A DNA stretch of 62,541 nt, filler included, from an uncultured Rhodopirellula sp. (lineage in GTDB: Bacteria; Planctomycetota; Planctomycetia; Pirellulales; Pirellulaceae): the NCBI GenBank assembly GCA_964007735.1. It is 8 parts of 8 records of this genome, joined end to end, with 100 filler letters (N's around TTAATTAATTAA, not from the genome) between each part and the next. Parts side by side here need not be neighbours in the genome. Positions count along the whole stretch, not along the records: positions 35,543 to 42,702 come from CAXGAI010000100.1; positions 42,803 to 49,514 come from CAXGAI010000101.1; positions 49,615 to 56,108 come from CAXGAI010000102.1; 5 more parts are not named here. One strand, 5' to 3'. A model generated the notes under the pieces. It did no database searches. It was not told the origin of the DNA and was given only the letters and a program-made list of their open reading frames with translations. Shown here in pieces: positions 42,195-51,893 of the stretch (its first letter is position 1; every line of letters begins with the position of its first letter). The translations under genes and the position numbers were made by a program.

Positions 42195-42701
42195 CTATTT
42201 CGCCAAGATTGCCAATGCGACAAGCACATATGAGGTTGTGAGAACAGGGTTCCCCTCCATCCAGCGCTTGGTTGGATTTTGCCACGAGCCATCCTCCTTT
42301 TGCAGCGATATTAGGCGCTTGGCCAAGTCTCTCCTCCACTGAACCATATTCCCATCTTCACGCTTCAGGAACTCGACTTTTTGTGCCGACAGAGCCTTAG
42401 CCATGAGATGGTAATAATAATAAAGACCTTCCTGCCCCATTCCGGGATTCTCATCGAGCGTGTAGTTACTACCCAGCCAATCAATCACAGCACTGACACG
42501 ATCGTCATCCTTTCCCACCCGCGCATAGGCAAAACTCATCATCCCGGCATAACTAATCGAACCATATGACCGCAACGCAACTCTCTTTGACTTTTCATCC
42601 ACAACCTCGCCAGCCTTGCTTTCCCCTGGATGATAAATGAACCCCCCCCTATCTTGAATATTTTTTGATAAATTGGGATTGTTGCTTCTTTGGGGAAGAT
42701 T
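42195..42701 (-). CDS. Prenyltransferase/squalene-oxidase repeat protein, C-terminal part (5' truncated)
   Basis: GGFIYHPGESKAG, LRSYGSISYAG, GLYYYYH, LQKEDGSW (QW-like). Confidence 0.8.
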   Translation of the reverse strand, partial: NLPQRSNNPNLSKNIQDRGGFIYHPGESKAGEVVDEKSKRVALRSYGSISYAGMMSFAYARVGKDDDRVSAVIDWLGSNYTLDENPGMGQEGLYYYYHLMAKALSAQKVEFLKREDGNMVQWRRDLAKRLISLQKEDGSWQNPTKRWMEGNPVLTTSYVLVALAILAK

Positions 42702-42702
42702 T

Positions 42703-42802
42703 NNNNNNNNNNNNNNNNNNNNNNNNNNNNNNNNNNNNNNNNNNNNTTAATTAATTAANNNNNNNNNNNNNNNNNNNNNNNNNNNNNNNNNNNNNNNNNN
42801 NN
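42703..42802. other. Artificial contig linker
   Basis: N44-TTAATTAATTAA-N44. Confidence 0.99.
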
Positions 42803-42849
42803 CGACAAGTGACCATCGCTTGAACGTTGTCGTTGAATTGCTGGTAAGT

Positions 42850-43179
42850 CTATGCAGCACGTTTGAGTGCTGGGACATGGGTATGAGCAAGTTTACGCTG
42901 TATCATGCCGTCAATTACCGATTGCATGGTCAACTCCAACAGGCGGGAATGTCGCGAGGGCTTGACTTCGTTGTGCTGGGCAGCGGTGCTCACCTGACGG
43001 CGAACAATAATGCCAGCCCGGCCACGAACGTATCCACGAGCTTCTGGTGTGGACATGTTTTCAATGCCACCTTCAACTCTAGTCCAGATGGCGTCACCAC
43101 AGGATTGTGCAACCGTCCGAGCCAACTCGCGTAGGCGATTTTCCCCAGTAATTCGTTCTATGACATTTCTAATCAACAT
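42850..43179 (-). CDS. Hypothetical protein (Planctomycete-type small helical protein)
   Basis: 109 aa, EARGYVRGRA motif, C-terminal RAA. Confidence 0.6.
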   Translation of the reverse strand: MLIRNVIERITGENRLRELARTVAQSCGDAIWTRVEGGIENMSTPEARGYVRGRAGIIVRRQVSTAAQHNEVKPSRHSRLLELTMQSVIDGMIQRKLAHTHVPALKRAA

Positions 43180-43529
43180 GGTTGATAACCTTCAAATCTC
43201 AAATGTGTTTGACGGTTTCAATGAAGACGTCAGATACACTGAAACCAGTATCAGCATCGAACCAAACTGGACGTGAAATCCACGATTACCGTCGCCTTGC
43301 GCAACATGCCGCATGGGAAAGATATTCCGGTGGAGTCAGGTCGTTAGGGATATATCAATGGTGCGTTGGCTTATAGCGTCCGTTTTACTGACGTCCGTTA
43401 TTCTCACTGTTACAATGGGAACAAGCGTTACAGCTTGACATGCAACTGCGTGGATTCTCAGGCAATTGAAAAACCCTTTAGGCGGTATGGTTGTCGACTT
43501 TGAAGTCCTGATTTAGAGTTGCTGTTAAC

Positions 43530-43601
43530 GGCGCCGTGGCCAAGTGGCTAAGGCAGCGGATTGCAAATCCGCCATCACCGGTTCGAATCCGGTCGGAGCC
43601 T
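43530..43601 (+). tRNA. tRNA-Cys(GCA)
   Basis: GGCGCCG TGGCCAAGTGGCTAAGGCA GCGGA TTGCAAA TCCGC..ACCGGTTCGAATCCGGT CGGAGCC T; U73 discriminator; CCA not encoded. Confidence 0.96.
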
Positions 43602-43607
43602 CTTGAG

Positions 43608-43644
43608 AAACCCTGATTGCGAATTTGCGTAATCAGGGTTTTTT
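43608..43644 (+). terminator. Rho-independent terminator after tRNA-Cys
   Basis: AAACCCTGATTGCG...CGTAATCAGGGTTTTTT hairpin plus T tract. Confidence 0.8.
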
Positions 43645-43700
43645 GTCTTTAGACGCTAGCCTTGAAATAGTAGTTCATTGATATTCCAGAGAGGTTGATA

Positions 43701-44513
43701 ATGTACAAGATAATTTTTTTCTTCGCCGGCGCATTTCTGTTGAGTGGCGGGGTCAGCCTTCAGGCAGATGATCAGTGGAAGCTTGTTTGGTCCGATGAAT
43801 TTAACGGTAAGAACCTCGATTATTCCAAGTGGGGGGTCGAGGTGAACGCGTTTGGCGGTGGTAATCAAGAAATGCAACTCTATACAGATCGCCCCGAAAA
43901 CCTGCGGATAGAAAATGGCCGCCTTATTATCGAAGCTCGCAAGGATCATCCCAATATTCAGGGAACCTTGAGAGAATTTTCTTCGGGACGTCTACGCACC
44001 AAACATCGTGGAGATTGGAAGTACGGTCGTTTCGAAATACGCGCGAAGGTACCCGAAGGTAAGGGGATGTGGCCGGCTATTTGGATGTTGCCAACCGATG
44101 AAAAATATGGCAGCTGGGCTTTAAGCGGCGAAATTGACATTATGGAACTCGACGGCGCAAAGCCAAACCATGTTTTGGGGACCCTTCATTTTGGTGATCA
44201 GTGGCCAGGCAATCGGCAAAGCTCGGGTGAGTATGTTCTCAAAGATGGGAAGTTTTCCGAGGACTTCCATATATTTGCCCTTGAATGGGAGCGAGGTGAA
44301 ATGCGTTGGTATGTGGACGGAGAACATTATCAAACGAAGACGAAGTGGGATTCTAAAGCAGCCCCTTTTCCGGCCCCGTTTGATCAGAGATTCCACTTAC
44401 TTCTTAATCTTTCAATTGGCGGCAGGCTGGTCGGAACCCCGGATGATAAAACCGTCTTTCCTCAGAAGTTCGAAATCGACTATGTGAGAGTTTTTCAGCA
44501 TGATTCCAAATAG
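43701..44513 (+). CDS. Glycoside hydrolase family 16 (laminarinase-like)
   Basis: WKLVWSDEF, WPAIWML, GEIDIME catalytic motif, PFDQRFHLLLN, IDYVRV; signal peptide. Confidence 0.93.
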   Translation: MYKIIFFFAGAFLLSGGVSLQADDQWKLVWSDEFNGKNLDYSKWGVEVNAFGGGNQEMQLYTDRPENLRIENGRLIIEARKDHPNIQGTLREFSSGRLRTKHRGDWKYGRFEIRAKVPEGKGMWPAIWMLPTDEKYGSWALSGEIDIMELDGAKPNHVLGTLHFGDQWPGNRQSSGEYVLKDGKFSEDFHIFALEWERGEMRWYVDGEHYQTKTKWDSKAAPFPAPFDQRFHLLLNLSIGGRLVGTPDDKTVFPQKFEIDYVRVFQHDSK

Positions 44514-44584
44514 CCTCTCGCAATACAGGTTGTTCGTTTAGGTCTGATTGGAAGTGGAAAAGCGTATTTTGTATAATCCAGCTT

Positions 44585-45745
44585 ATGACCTCGATTAAAT
44601 CGCGACACTACGGAACCGGCACCGGTTATGAAGTCATTCTTCAAGACGGTGAAATCTCAGCCCTCTCCTATCTTTTTGCCGGTGGAGCGGATCATCCGTT
44701 TGTCGCTCCGGGCTTGGTCGATCTGCAAGTCAACGGCTATGGTGGGAAAGAGTTCAATGATCCGGAACTTAACCTGAAAAAGGTTCGCCAAATCGCCTTG
44801 GCCATGGATAGGGACGGGGTGGTTGAGTTTTGTCCAACGTTTACGACGGCGGCTCATGAACTGTTAAAGCACAGCATGGCCACCGTCGCAGATGCCATTG
44901 AATCAGATCCAGAGGTTGCTCGTCGGTGCCAGTATTTACATCTGGAAGGTCCGTTTATCTCTTCTGAGGATGGTCCCCGCGGAGCGCATCCTCAAGAGCA
45001 TGTGAGGCCACCCTGTTGGAACGAGTTTCAGGTACTTCAGGAAGCAGCGCAAGGCCGCATTAAAATCCTGACCATGTCGCCGGAGTACGATGGAAGTCCA
45101 GGATTTATTAAGCAAGTTGTCGATTCCGGAGTGCTTGTGGCTATTGGCCACACATCGGCAAATAGTGACCAGATTACGGCTGCTGTGGATGCCGGGGCGA
45201 GTATGTCGACCCATTTGGGAAACGGCGCTCACGGGACCATTCGCCGCCATCCTAATTACCTTTGGGACCAAATAGCTGAAGATCGTTTGACCTGTAGCCT
45301 AATCGCTGATGGTCATCATTTGCCGGCGTCGGTAGTAAAAACCATTGTGCGAGCTAAGTCCGTCGAACAATGTGTGTTGGTAAGCGATATTACAGGAATG
45401 GGTGGTATGCCACCCGGAATTTACGAATCGACAGCAGGGTTGGGAAAGGTCGAGGTACTTGATGATGGACGCTTGGTCGTCCCAGGCCAAAAACAGCTAC
45501 TCGCAGGCGCGGCACTCCCGATCGGTGTTGGTATCGCAAAAGCGATGGAATATGCCGAATTATCCTTGGAATCAGCTGTGAATATGGCATCCCTTGGTCC
45601 CGCTCAACTTTTAGGTTATCACTTGCCGAAGTTTGAGGTGGGAGCGAAAGCTGATCTTGTCTTTTTCAATATCGTGGATGGTGAGTTCCAAGTGGTAGCT
45701 ACGGTTAACGCAGGTGAAGTTGTTTTTCTAAAGGATCAGAATTAA
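44585..45745 (+). CDS. nagA: N-acetylglucosamine-6-phosphate deacetylase
   Basis: PGLVDLQVNG, HLEGPFIS...GAHP, IGHT, THLGN, IADGHH, LAG. Confidence 0.88.
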   Translation: MTSIKSRHYGTGTGYEVILQDGEISALSYLFAGGADHPFVAPGLVDLQVNGYGGKEFNDPELNLKKVRQIALAMDRDGVVEFCPTFTTAAHELLKHSMATVADAIESDPEVARRCQYLHLEGPFISSEDGPRGAHPQEHVRPPCWNEFQVLQEAAQGRIKILTMSPEYDGSPGFIKQVVDSGVLVAIGHTSANSDQITAAVDAGASMSTHLGNGAHGTIRRHPNYLWDQIAEDRLTCSLIADGHHLPASVVKTIVRAKSVEQCVLVSDITGMGGMPPGIYESTAGLGKVEVLDDGRLVVPGQKQLLAGAALPIGVGIAKAMEYAELSLESAVNMASLGPAQLLGYHLPKFEVGAKADLVFFNIVDGEFQVVATVNAGEVVFLKDQN

Positions 45746-46027
45746 CTGGCCCTGCCTGTACTCGCGACTCTTTAAAACCCCTGCTTCCGCAGGCCGGTTA
45801 TCCGAGACGGTAATTAAAAATTTGACTAAATCGAGGCGTGTTATATTTTCCTGCCTGGGGGGGAATTCTCAGTTGTGCGACCGATTGTAAGAATATCATC
45901 CCACCGGTAAAATTGACTTTTTGTATGCTTTCAGCCTTGCTGTGCTTGACTAGGGATTGCAATTTCTGGTTAGCCTATTGTTAAGGCTGTAAACGATAGA
46001 TCTCATTGAAAGAAAGTGCGACTCGTA

Positions 46028-47320
46028 ATGGCTGAACCTAAAAACCTAGTCGTTGCCCAAAGTGGTGGACCTAGTCCGGTAATTAACAACACTGTCCGAG
46101 GTGTCATCGAAGCCGCTCGGCAGATGGATAACATTGGAACTGTTTATGGAGCCCATCACGGTATTGAAGGCGTTCTAAAGGAGGAGTTGATTGACCTTAC
46201 GGCGCAGTCAGAAGAAGAGATTTCTCTCTTGAGGTATACACCAGCCGCCGGTTCGATTGGTACCTGTCGCTATAAGTTGAAAGATGGTCAGGATGAGGAT
46301 TTCGAACGTGTGATTGATGTCTTGAAAGCACATGACGTTGGTTATTTCATTTATATCGGTGGGAACGATTCGATGGATACGGCCAACAAGATTGCCAAGC
46401 TAGGTCAGGAACGAGGTATGGATCTGGTCGGAATTGGTGGTCCTAAGACAATTGACAATGACGTAGGCGACAGCGAATTTAAGCTGATTGATCATACTCC
46501 AGGTTACGGATCGACAGCTAAATATTGGATGCACGCTGTGCAATGTGCAAATGAAGAGAATCGGGGCTCGTGTCCAGCAGACCCTGTATTGGTTCTGCAG
46601 GCCATGGGACGACGTATCGGATATATCCCCGCGGCTGCTCGTCTGGCGGATCCTAACCGTGAAATGCCTCTACAGATATATATGGCTGAGAGTCCCTGCT
46701 CTTTGGCTGATATGGCAGACAATATCAATGATCAACTAAAGAATGATGGACGTTGCATTGTGGTCGTCAGCGAAGGCTTTGATGTAGGTGACCTGGGTGA
46801 AGTAAAGGATGGATTTGGTCATACAAGCTTTAGTTCAAGCCAGATCACGGTCGCACAAACCGTCGTTAATTATCTAAATGCCAATGGTTTGGCTGCTGCT
46901 GGCGCTGCTCGCTGTAATGTGCCGGGAACCGATCAACGCCACAGTATGGCGTTTGCATCAACGGTTGATCTGGAAGAAGCATACTATGCCGGTCAAAAAG
47001 CGTGTTTGTTAGCCGCGAATCATGAAAGTGGCTATATGGCGAATATCCTGCGATCGCCTGGCGAGATTTACAACGTTTACTATGACAAGGCTCCTTTGAG
47101 CGAAGTCGCCAATAGCGAGCGTACTTTCCCAACGGAATGGATTAGTGAAAACGGTTATGACGTAACGGATGAATTCATTAAGTATGCAAAGCCCCTTGTT
47201 GGTGAAGGTATGGTAAGTATTCCTATGATTGACGGGCGACAGCGAATGACTCGGTTGGAACCTATTTTTGCCAGCCAAAAACTTGAGGCATACGTACCTC
47301 AGGCCAAACGCTCCACATAA
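46028..47320 (+). CDS. pfp: Phosphofructokinase, probably PPi-dependent
   Basis: AQSGGPSPVIN, IGGNDSMDT (Asp favours PPi), PKTIDND, MGR. Confidence 0.85.
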   Translation: MAEPKNLVVAQSGGPSPVINNTVRGVIEAARQMDNIGTVYGAHHGIEGVLKEELIDLTAQSEEEISLLRYTPAAGSIGTCRYKLKDGQDEDFERVIDVLKAHDVGYFIYIGGNDSMDTANKIAKLGQERGMDLVGIGGPKTIDNDVGDSEFKLIDHTPGYGSTAKYWMHAVQCANEENRGSCPADPVLVLQAMGRRIGYIPAAARLADPNREMPLQIYMAESPCSLADMADNINDQLKNDGRCIVVVSEGFDVGDLGEVKDGFGHTSFSSSQITVAQTVVNYLNANGLAAAGAARCNVPGTDQRHSMAFASTVDLEEAYYAGQKACLLAANHESGYMANILRSPGEIYNVYYDKAPLSEVANSERTFPTEWISENGYDVTDEFIKYAKPLVGEGMVSIPMIDGRQRMTRLEPIFASQKLEAYVPQAKRST

Positions 47321-47375
47321 ACAAACTAATTTTCAATTCACAATGTGTAACAGATAGATAAGGTAGATTCGAATT

Positions 47376-48242
47376 ATGTACGAAATTCAGCCCACGAAGG
47401 AATTCCTAGTCGGGATCGATTCCGACGGATGTGCATTCGATACGATGGAGTTGAAGCACAAGGAGTGTTTCATTCCAAATACCATCAAATACTATAACTT
47501 ACAGGCCATTAGTAAATATGCTCGTGAAGCTGCGGAGTTCGTAAATCTTTACTCAAAGAGTCGCGGGATCAATCGCTTCCCAGCACTTGTGGAATCACTT
47601 GAATGGTTACAAAAGCGTCCTGAAGTTGCCGCTCGCGGTGTTACTGTTGAGATACCTCAAGCATTGATTGACTGGATTGAGCAGGAAACCAAGCTTGGTA
47701 ATCCCGCGCTTGAAGCTAAGGTGGCTGAAACAAATTGCCCGGACCTGAAACATGCTTTGCAATGGTCAACAACAGTCAATGATACAGTGGCTGAAATGGT
47801 ACACGGTGTCTCGCCTTTCCCTTTAGTGCGTGAATCACTCAATAAACTTGCTGAACAGTGTGACATGCTGGTCGTCTCGGCCACACCAAATGAAGCTTTG
47901 AAAGCGGAATGGGGGGAGCATGGAATCGATGAGCACATTACGGAGATTTGTGGTCAGGAATCGGGGAATAAGAAAGAAACACTGTCTAATGCGGCAAAGT
48001 ACGGGGAGAATAAAGTGCTGATGATTGGCGACGCTCCCGGAGATTTCAAAGCTGCAGTCGCAAACAACTGCCTGTTCTACCCGATCAATCCGGGCGCTGA
48101 AGAAACAAGCTGGGAACGATTTTACAATGAATCGATTGAAAAGTTTCTTAACGGTGAATTTGCCGGTGATTACCAACAGGCTTTATTGGACGAATTCGAC
48201 TCCTACCTGCCTGTGAGCCCGCCTTGGCCAGTGAATGATTAG
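47376..48242 (+). CDS. HAD family hydrolase
   Basis: IDSDGCAFD motif I; VSAT; MIGDAPGD. Confidence 0.85.
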   Translation: MYEIQPTKEFLVGIDSDGCAFDTMELKHKECFIPNTIKYYNLQAISKYAREAAEFVNLYSKSRGINRFPALVESLEWLQKRPEVAARGVTVEIPQALIDWIEQETKLGNPALEAKVAETNCPDLKHALQWSTTVNDTVAEMVHGVSPFPLVRESLNKLAEQCDMLVVSATPNEALKAEWGEHGIDEHITEICGQESGNKKETLSNAAKYGENKVLMIGDAPGDFKAAVANNCLFYPINPGAEETSWERFYNESIEKFLNGEFAGDYQQALLDEFDSYLPVSPPWPVND

Positions 48243-48321
48243 TGAAAACGCGGAACAAGTGAAAAACTTGATTGCCTCTTTAAACAAAACCCTACGTGGA
48301 TAATTGGAAAGCTAAAAGAAT

Positions 48322-49514
48322 ATGTCTGAAGAACTCGCAGATTTTGGTCTGATTGGTTTGGCCGTAATGGGCGAAAACCTGGCCCTTAACGTGGAAAGCC
48401 GTGGCTACAAAATGGCCGTCTATAATCGCTCGACGGAGAAAGTTGATAACCTGATCAACGGTCGTGCCGCTGGAAAAAACTTTATCGGATGCCATTCTCT
48501 TGAAGATCTTGTTGCCAATCTGGCGAGTCCTCGTAAAGTCATGATGCTTGTCAAAGCCGGTCCTGCCGTTGACACCATTATTGATAATCTGATTCCCCTG
48601 TTGGATGAAGGTGACATCATTATTGATGGTGGTAACACGCACTTTAGTGATACCGAACGACGTACGAAATACATCGAAGAGAAAGGACTGCGATTTATCG
48701 GGACTGGGGTTTCCGGAGGGGAAGAAGGTGCTTTGAAAGGCCCGAGTATGATGCCTGGCGGAAGTGAGGATGCTTGGCCTGCTGTGGAGCCAATATTCAA
48801 AGCAATTGCTGCTAAGGTGGGACCGAACGAAGATATTCCATGTTGTGAGTGGGTTGGCCCACGCGGCGCCGGACACTATGTAAAAATGGTTCACAATGGA
48901 ATTGAATACGGTGACATGCAGTTGATTTGTGAGGCCTATCACATGCTTAGTGAGGCAGGTGGGCTATCAAACGATGAACTTTATGATGTATTTGATGAAT
49001 GGAATCGTGGTGAGTTGCAGAGTTATCTAATAGAAATCACTCGTGACATCTTCAGCGTGACGGATGATCAGGCAGAAGGACACCTTGTTGATAAAGTCCT
49101 TGATAAAGCTGGTGCCAAAGGTACTGGCAAATGGATGAGTCAGTTAGCACTTGATCTGGGGGTACCCAGTACGCTGGTAACCACGGCTGTTTATGCTCGA
49201 AGCCTTTCCGCTCAGAAAGATGCCCGAGTTCGTGCTGAAGCGGTTCTAAGCGGTCCTGATGTCAGCGTTGAATTGAGTGAGCAAGACAGAACAAACCTGA
49301 TCGACGATGTCCGCCAGGCTTTGTATGCTTCTAAAATTGTCAGTTACGCACAGGGTTTTGTGCAGTTGCAGTATGCGGCCGAGGAACATGATTGGCCGTT
49401 GAACTATGGTGATTGCGCATTGTTGTGGCGTGGTGGTTGTATCATTCGTGCTCAGTTCCTGGATCGGATTAAAGAGGCTTTTGACGAAAACCCGGATTTG
49501 GAAAATCTTCTTTT
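48322..49514 (+). CDS. gndA: NADP-dependent 6-phosphogluconate dehydrogenase (3' truncated)
   Basis: GLIGLAVMGENL, YNRS, DGGN, SGGEEGA, VKMVHNGIEYGDMQ, KGTGKW, WRGGCIIR. Confidence 0.96.
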
Positions 49515-49614
49515 NNNNNNNNNNNNNNNNNNNNNNNNNNNNNNNNNNNNNNNNNNNNTTAATTAATTAANNNNNNNNNNNNNNNNNNNNNNNNNNNNNN
49601 NNNNNNNNNNNNNN
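49515..49614. other. Artificial contig linker
   Basis: N44-TTAATTAATTAA-N44. Confidence 0.99.
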
Positions 49615-49767
49615 CCCAGATACGTTTGGTTCTGGGCGTCGGTCTTGTTCACTTCGACCGTGCCATTCACGAGATGGAAGGGACTCACTTCGACGTGCAA
49701 CGCGCCTCGTCCGGAATGCGCGAGATTCCCGACGTCGCCCGGCTGGACCGTATACGAAAAGACCAGA

Positions 49768-50193
49768 TCATAGACCGTCGCCCGGAAAGGTAAGTCGTAG
49801 TTCGTAATACTTTCCACGCATCTCCGGGGAACCGAATATCTTATCTTGCGACACCTCGGATAAATCCGCCTTTGCAAACACGTCTCCCAATGGTAGTCGC
49901 TTCCACCAATGATGTATAAAACGGTTTGCGTCTTTATAGGCACCCAACCGATGCTGTACTACCAATGAATCCTTTGTTGCGTGGTAACCATTTCCCTCTG
50001 GAGGTGTATTCTCAAATTCGGAATTCAGGTGAGCGAAAAAGGCAAGCTTACCACTCGAATCCAACGGGCCTTTTACAACGGTTGTCTCTTCAGATACCAA
50101 CAAAGGCCCGGGGGGGAACAAGAAGGAACCTAATGGCAAAACGAACAACGCAAAACAGATTGTGAGCCGTTTCTTTAGCGTCCAGTCAAGCAT
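49768..50193 (-). CDS. Planctomycete-type membrane-anchored hypothetical protein, probably truncated by a chimeric junction
   Basis: N-terminal TM then VSEETTVVKGPLDSSG...LN. Confidence 0.55.
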   Translation of the reverse strand: MLDWTLKKRLTICFALFVLPLGSFLFPPGPLLVSEETTVVKGPLDSSGKLAFFAHLNSEFENTPPEGNGYHATKDSLVVQHRLGAYKDANRFIHHWWKRLPLGDVFAKADLSEVSQDKIFGSPEMRGKYYELRLTFPGDGL

Positions 50194-50221
50194 GATATTT
50201 CTGTGCCTCTTGGATTAAAAC

Positions 50222-50731
50222 TTATCTAATTTGCATCTGCATAGATATCACACATAACTGCATGCCGACAATCAAACACTCTGCAAGGAACAGCCAGCTA
50301 TCAAATCGTCGTTTGAAAACACGCAAGGCTAGAAACCAACCAAACAAAATGACGATCACAACAAATTGAACAAGAACCACTCTGCTAATAGTCGGTGGGT
50401 ACATTATTCCTTCGCGAGAAACAAATTCAAAAACAAACAATTGCACGAATACGCAGATGCAAATTAGTGCCTCCAAAGAGAATCTAGAACTGATTGCGGA
50501 TATTATCAAAAGGGTTGCAAAGATGAGCGGGACATACGCTAACTGAAAGTTACCATCAAAGATCAAGTTTATAGAAATCCATGGCAATGGCAGAATGTTA
50601 AGAGCTCCCTCATATACACTGGCCGCTATCAGGGCAACGACCGATAGAGGAACCAAGTGCCTTATCGTGAACTGCCGACACCTCTTAAAAAGCGAATCGG
50701 CTTTAATATCTCGTTCGCTTGTTTTTTCCAC
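50222..50731 (-). CDS. Hypothetical polytopic membrane protein
   Basis: About 5 hydrophobic segments; RQFTIRHL N-terminal motif; low GC. Confidence 0.6.
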   Translation of the reverse strand: MEKTSERDIKADSLFKRCRQFTIRHLVPLSVVALIAASVYEGALNILPLPWISINLIFDGNFQLAYVPLIFATLLIISAISSRFSLEALICICVFVQLFVFEFVSREGIMYPPTISRVVLVQFVVIVILFGWFLALRVFKRRFDSWLFLAECLIVGMQLCVISMQMQIR

Positions 50732-50885
50732 TGAAATTCATCTCTTTAAGTTGAGAACTTAGGTCGACTAGCGTGAGTCAGGAATTAATATTCTTCTGAC
50801 TACTTGTATATGGTGCTGCAGGCTAACTTACGAGGCGCGTAATCTGCCTCTGCTTGCGGCTTTTTCAGGGATTTCGCACTGAAAC

Positions 50886-51088
50886 TCACGCGGCCAGACT
50901 CCGCGAGGCTTTCCCACTCCGCCCCCCACGACAAAGTTTCAAACTTACAATTTTGAGGAAAAACGCGTGTTCATACCGTGGCGGTCTACTGATGCATCAG
51001 GTGCCAGAAAACAGGCCCTTCCGTCTCCCTATTTTACCCTCAGACACATGCATACGGTAGAATAGATCTGGCAGGCCGACGCCAGCTT
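50886..51088 (+). repeat. Dispersed intergenic repeat, copy 3 (family A)
   Basis: GAGGCTTTCCCACTC, ACGACAAAGTTTCAAACTTACAAT, TACCGTGGCGGTCTAC, GGTGCCAGAAAACAGGCCC, CCCTCAGACACA.GCAT.CGGTAG. Confidence 0.85.
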
Positions 51089-51168
51089 CTTTTGCGTTAA
51101 ATGATTATTCTTCGAGAGTCGTTAAAGCATTATTCGATTGGAAACAATTCTTGTTTGCGTTTTACAAC

Positions 51169-51876
51169 ATGGTTTCATCGTCAGTCCTTCGGGTGTGTTT
51201 AATGACCTGGTGTTGGGCAGTCATCCTTACATGGGGCGTTTGCCACTGGACGATGCCTGTAACTGACCGAACGGTGCATCAATCGGTCCCGGTTGCTACG
51301 CCGACAAATCTTAACACACGGTTTACTCATCACTCACACTCTAAACCCAAGCGTGCAGAGAGACGCCACGTGCTTGGGGTCGTTCGTAGATTGATGGTCG
51401 CCAATAATCCTACGGGCTTGGCCCAGCAGGTAGCGATGGTGAAAACACGAGAGGAGATTCAGGCACTGTTAATGCCTCATGTGTTACTAAACGTGGAGAT
51501 AAATCCTGAGTCCCGTGTAAAAATAAAGCTTGCTGACACACAGGCAATGCGAGCCAAAGTGGAATTACATCACGGTATTGCCACCCGGTTTTTACTACAA
51601 ATTAATAATCAGGCCGGTGTGACCTCTTCATTGAATCTCACGGCAATCGACCTTTCCCAACAACCCCCTCAAACAGCCGATTGGATAACGGTTGCACTTG
51701 TAAATGAAGCTGGCATTTCGAATAAATTGTCTGGTAAAAAGACGGAATATTTGATCGTTGAGATCGTTGCGAACCAAATTGGCCTGAAGGAAATCCGATT
51801 GGTTGGCGATGCCGGCCAGGGAACTCAGGATTTAGGCTTCCGCGCAACAGCGGACTTTTTAATTGATGTGGAATAA
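51169..51876 (+). CDS. Stand-alone homolog of the N-terminal domain of CehA/McbA-family metallohydrolases
   Basis: INPESRVKI, FLLQINNQAGVTS.L, LSG..TEY, GQGTQDLGFRA; aligns by eye with the N-terminus of the next ORF. Confidence 0.65.
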   Translation: MVSSSVLRVCLMTWCWAVILTWGVCHWTMPVTDRTVHQSVPVATPTNLNTRFTHHSHSKPKRAERRHVLGVVRRLMVANNPTGLAQQVAMVKTREEIQALLMPHVLLNVEINPESRVKIKLADTQAMRAKVELHHGIATRFLLQINNQAGVTSSLNLTAIDLSQQPPQTADWITVALVNEAGISNKLSGKKTEYLIVEIVANQIGLKEIRLVGDAGQGTQDLGFRATADFLIDVE

Positions 51877-51893
51877 GAAAGCGGCTCGCCCAA

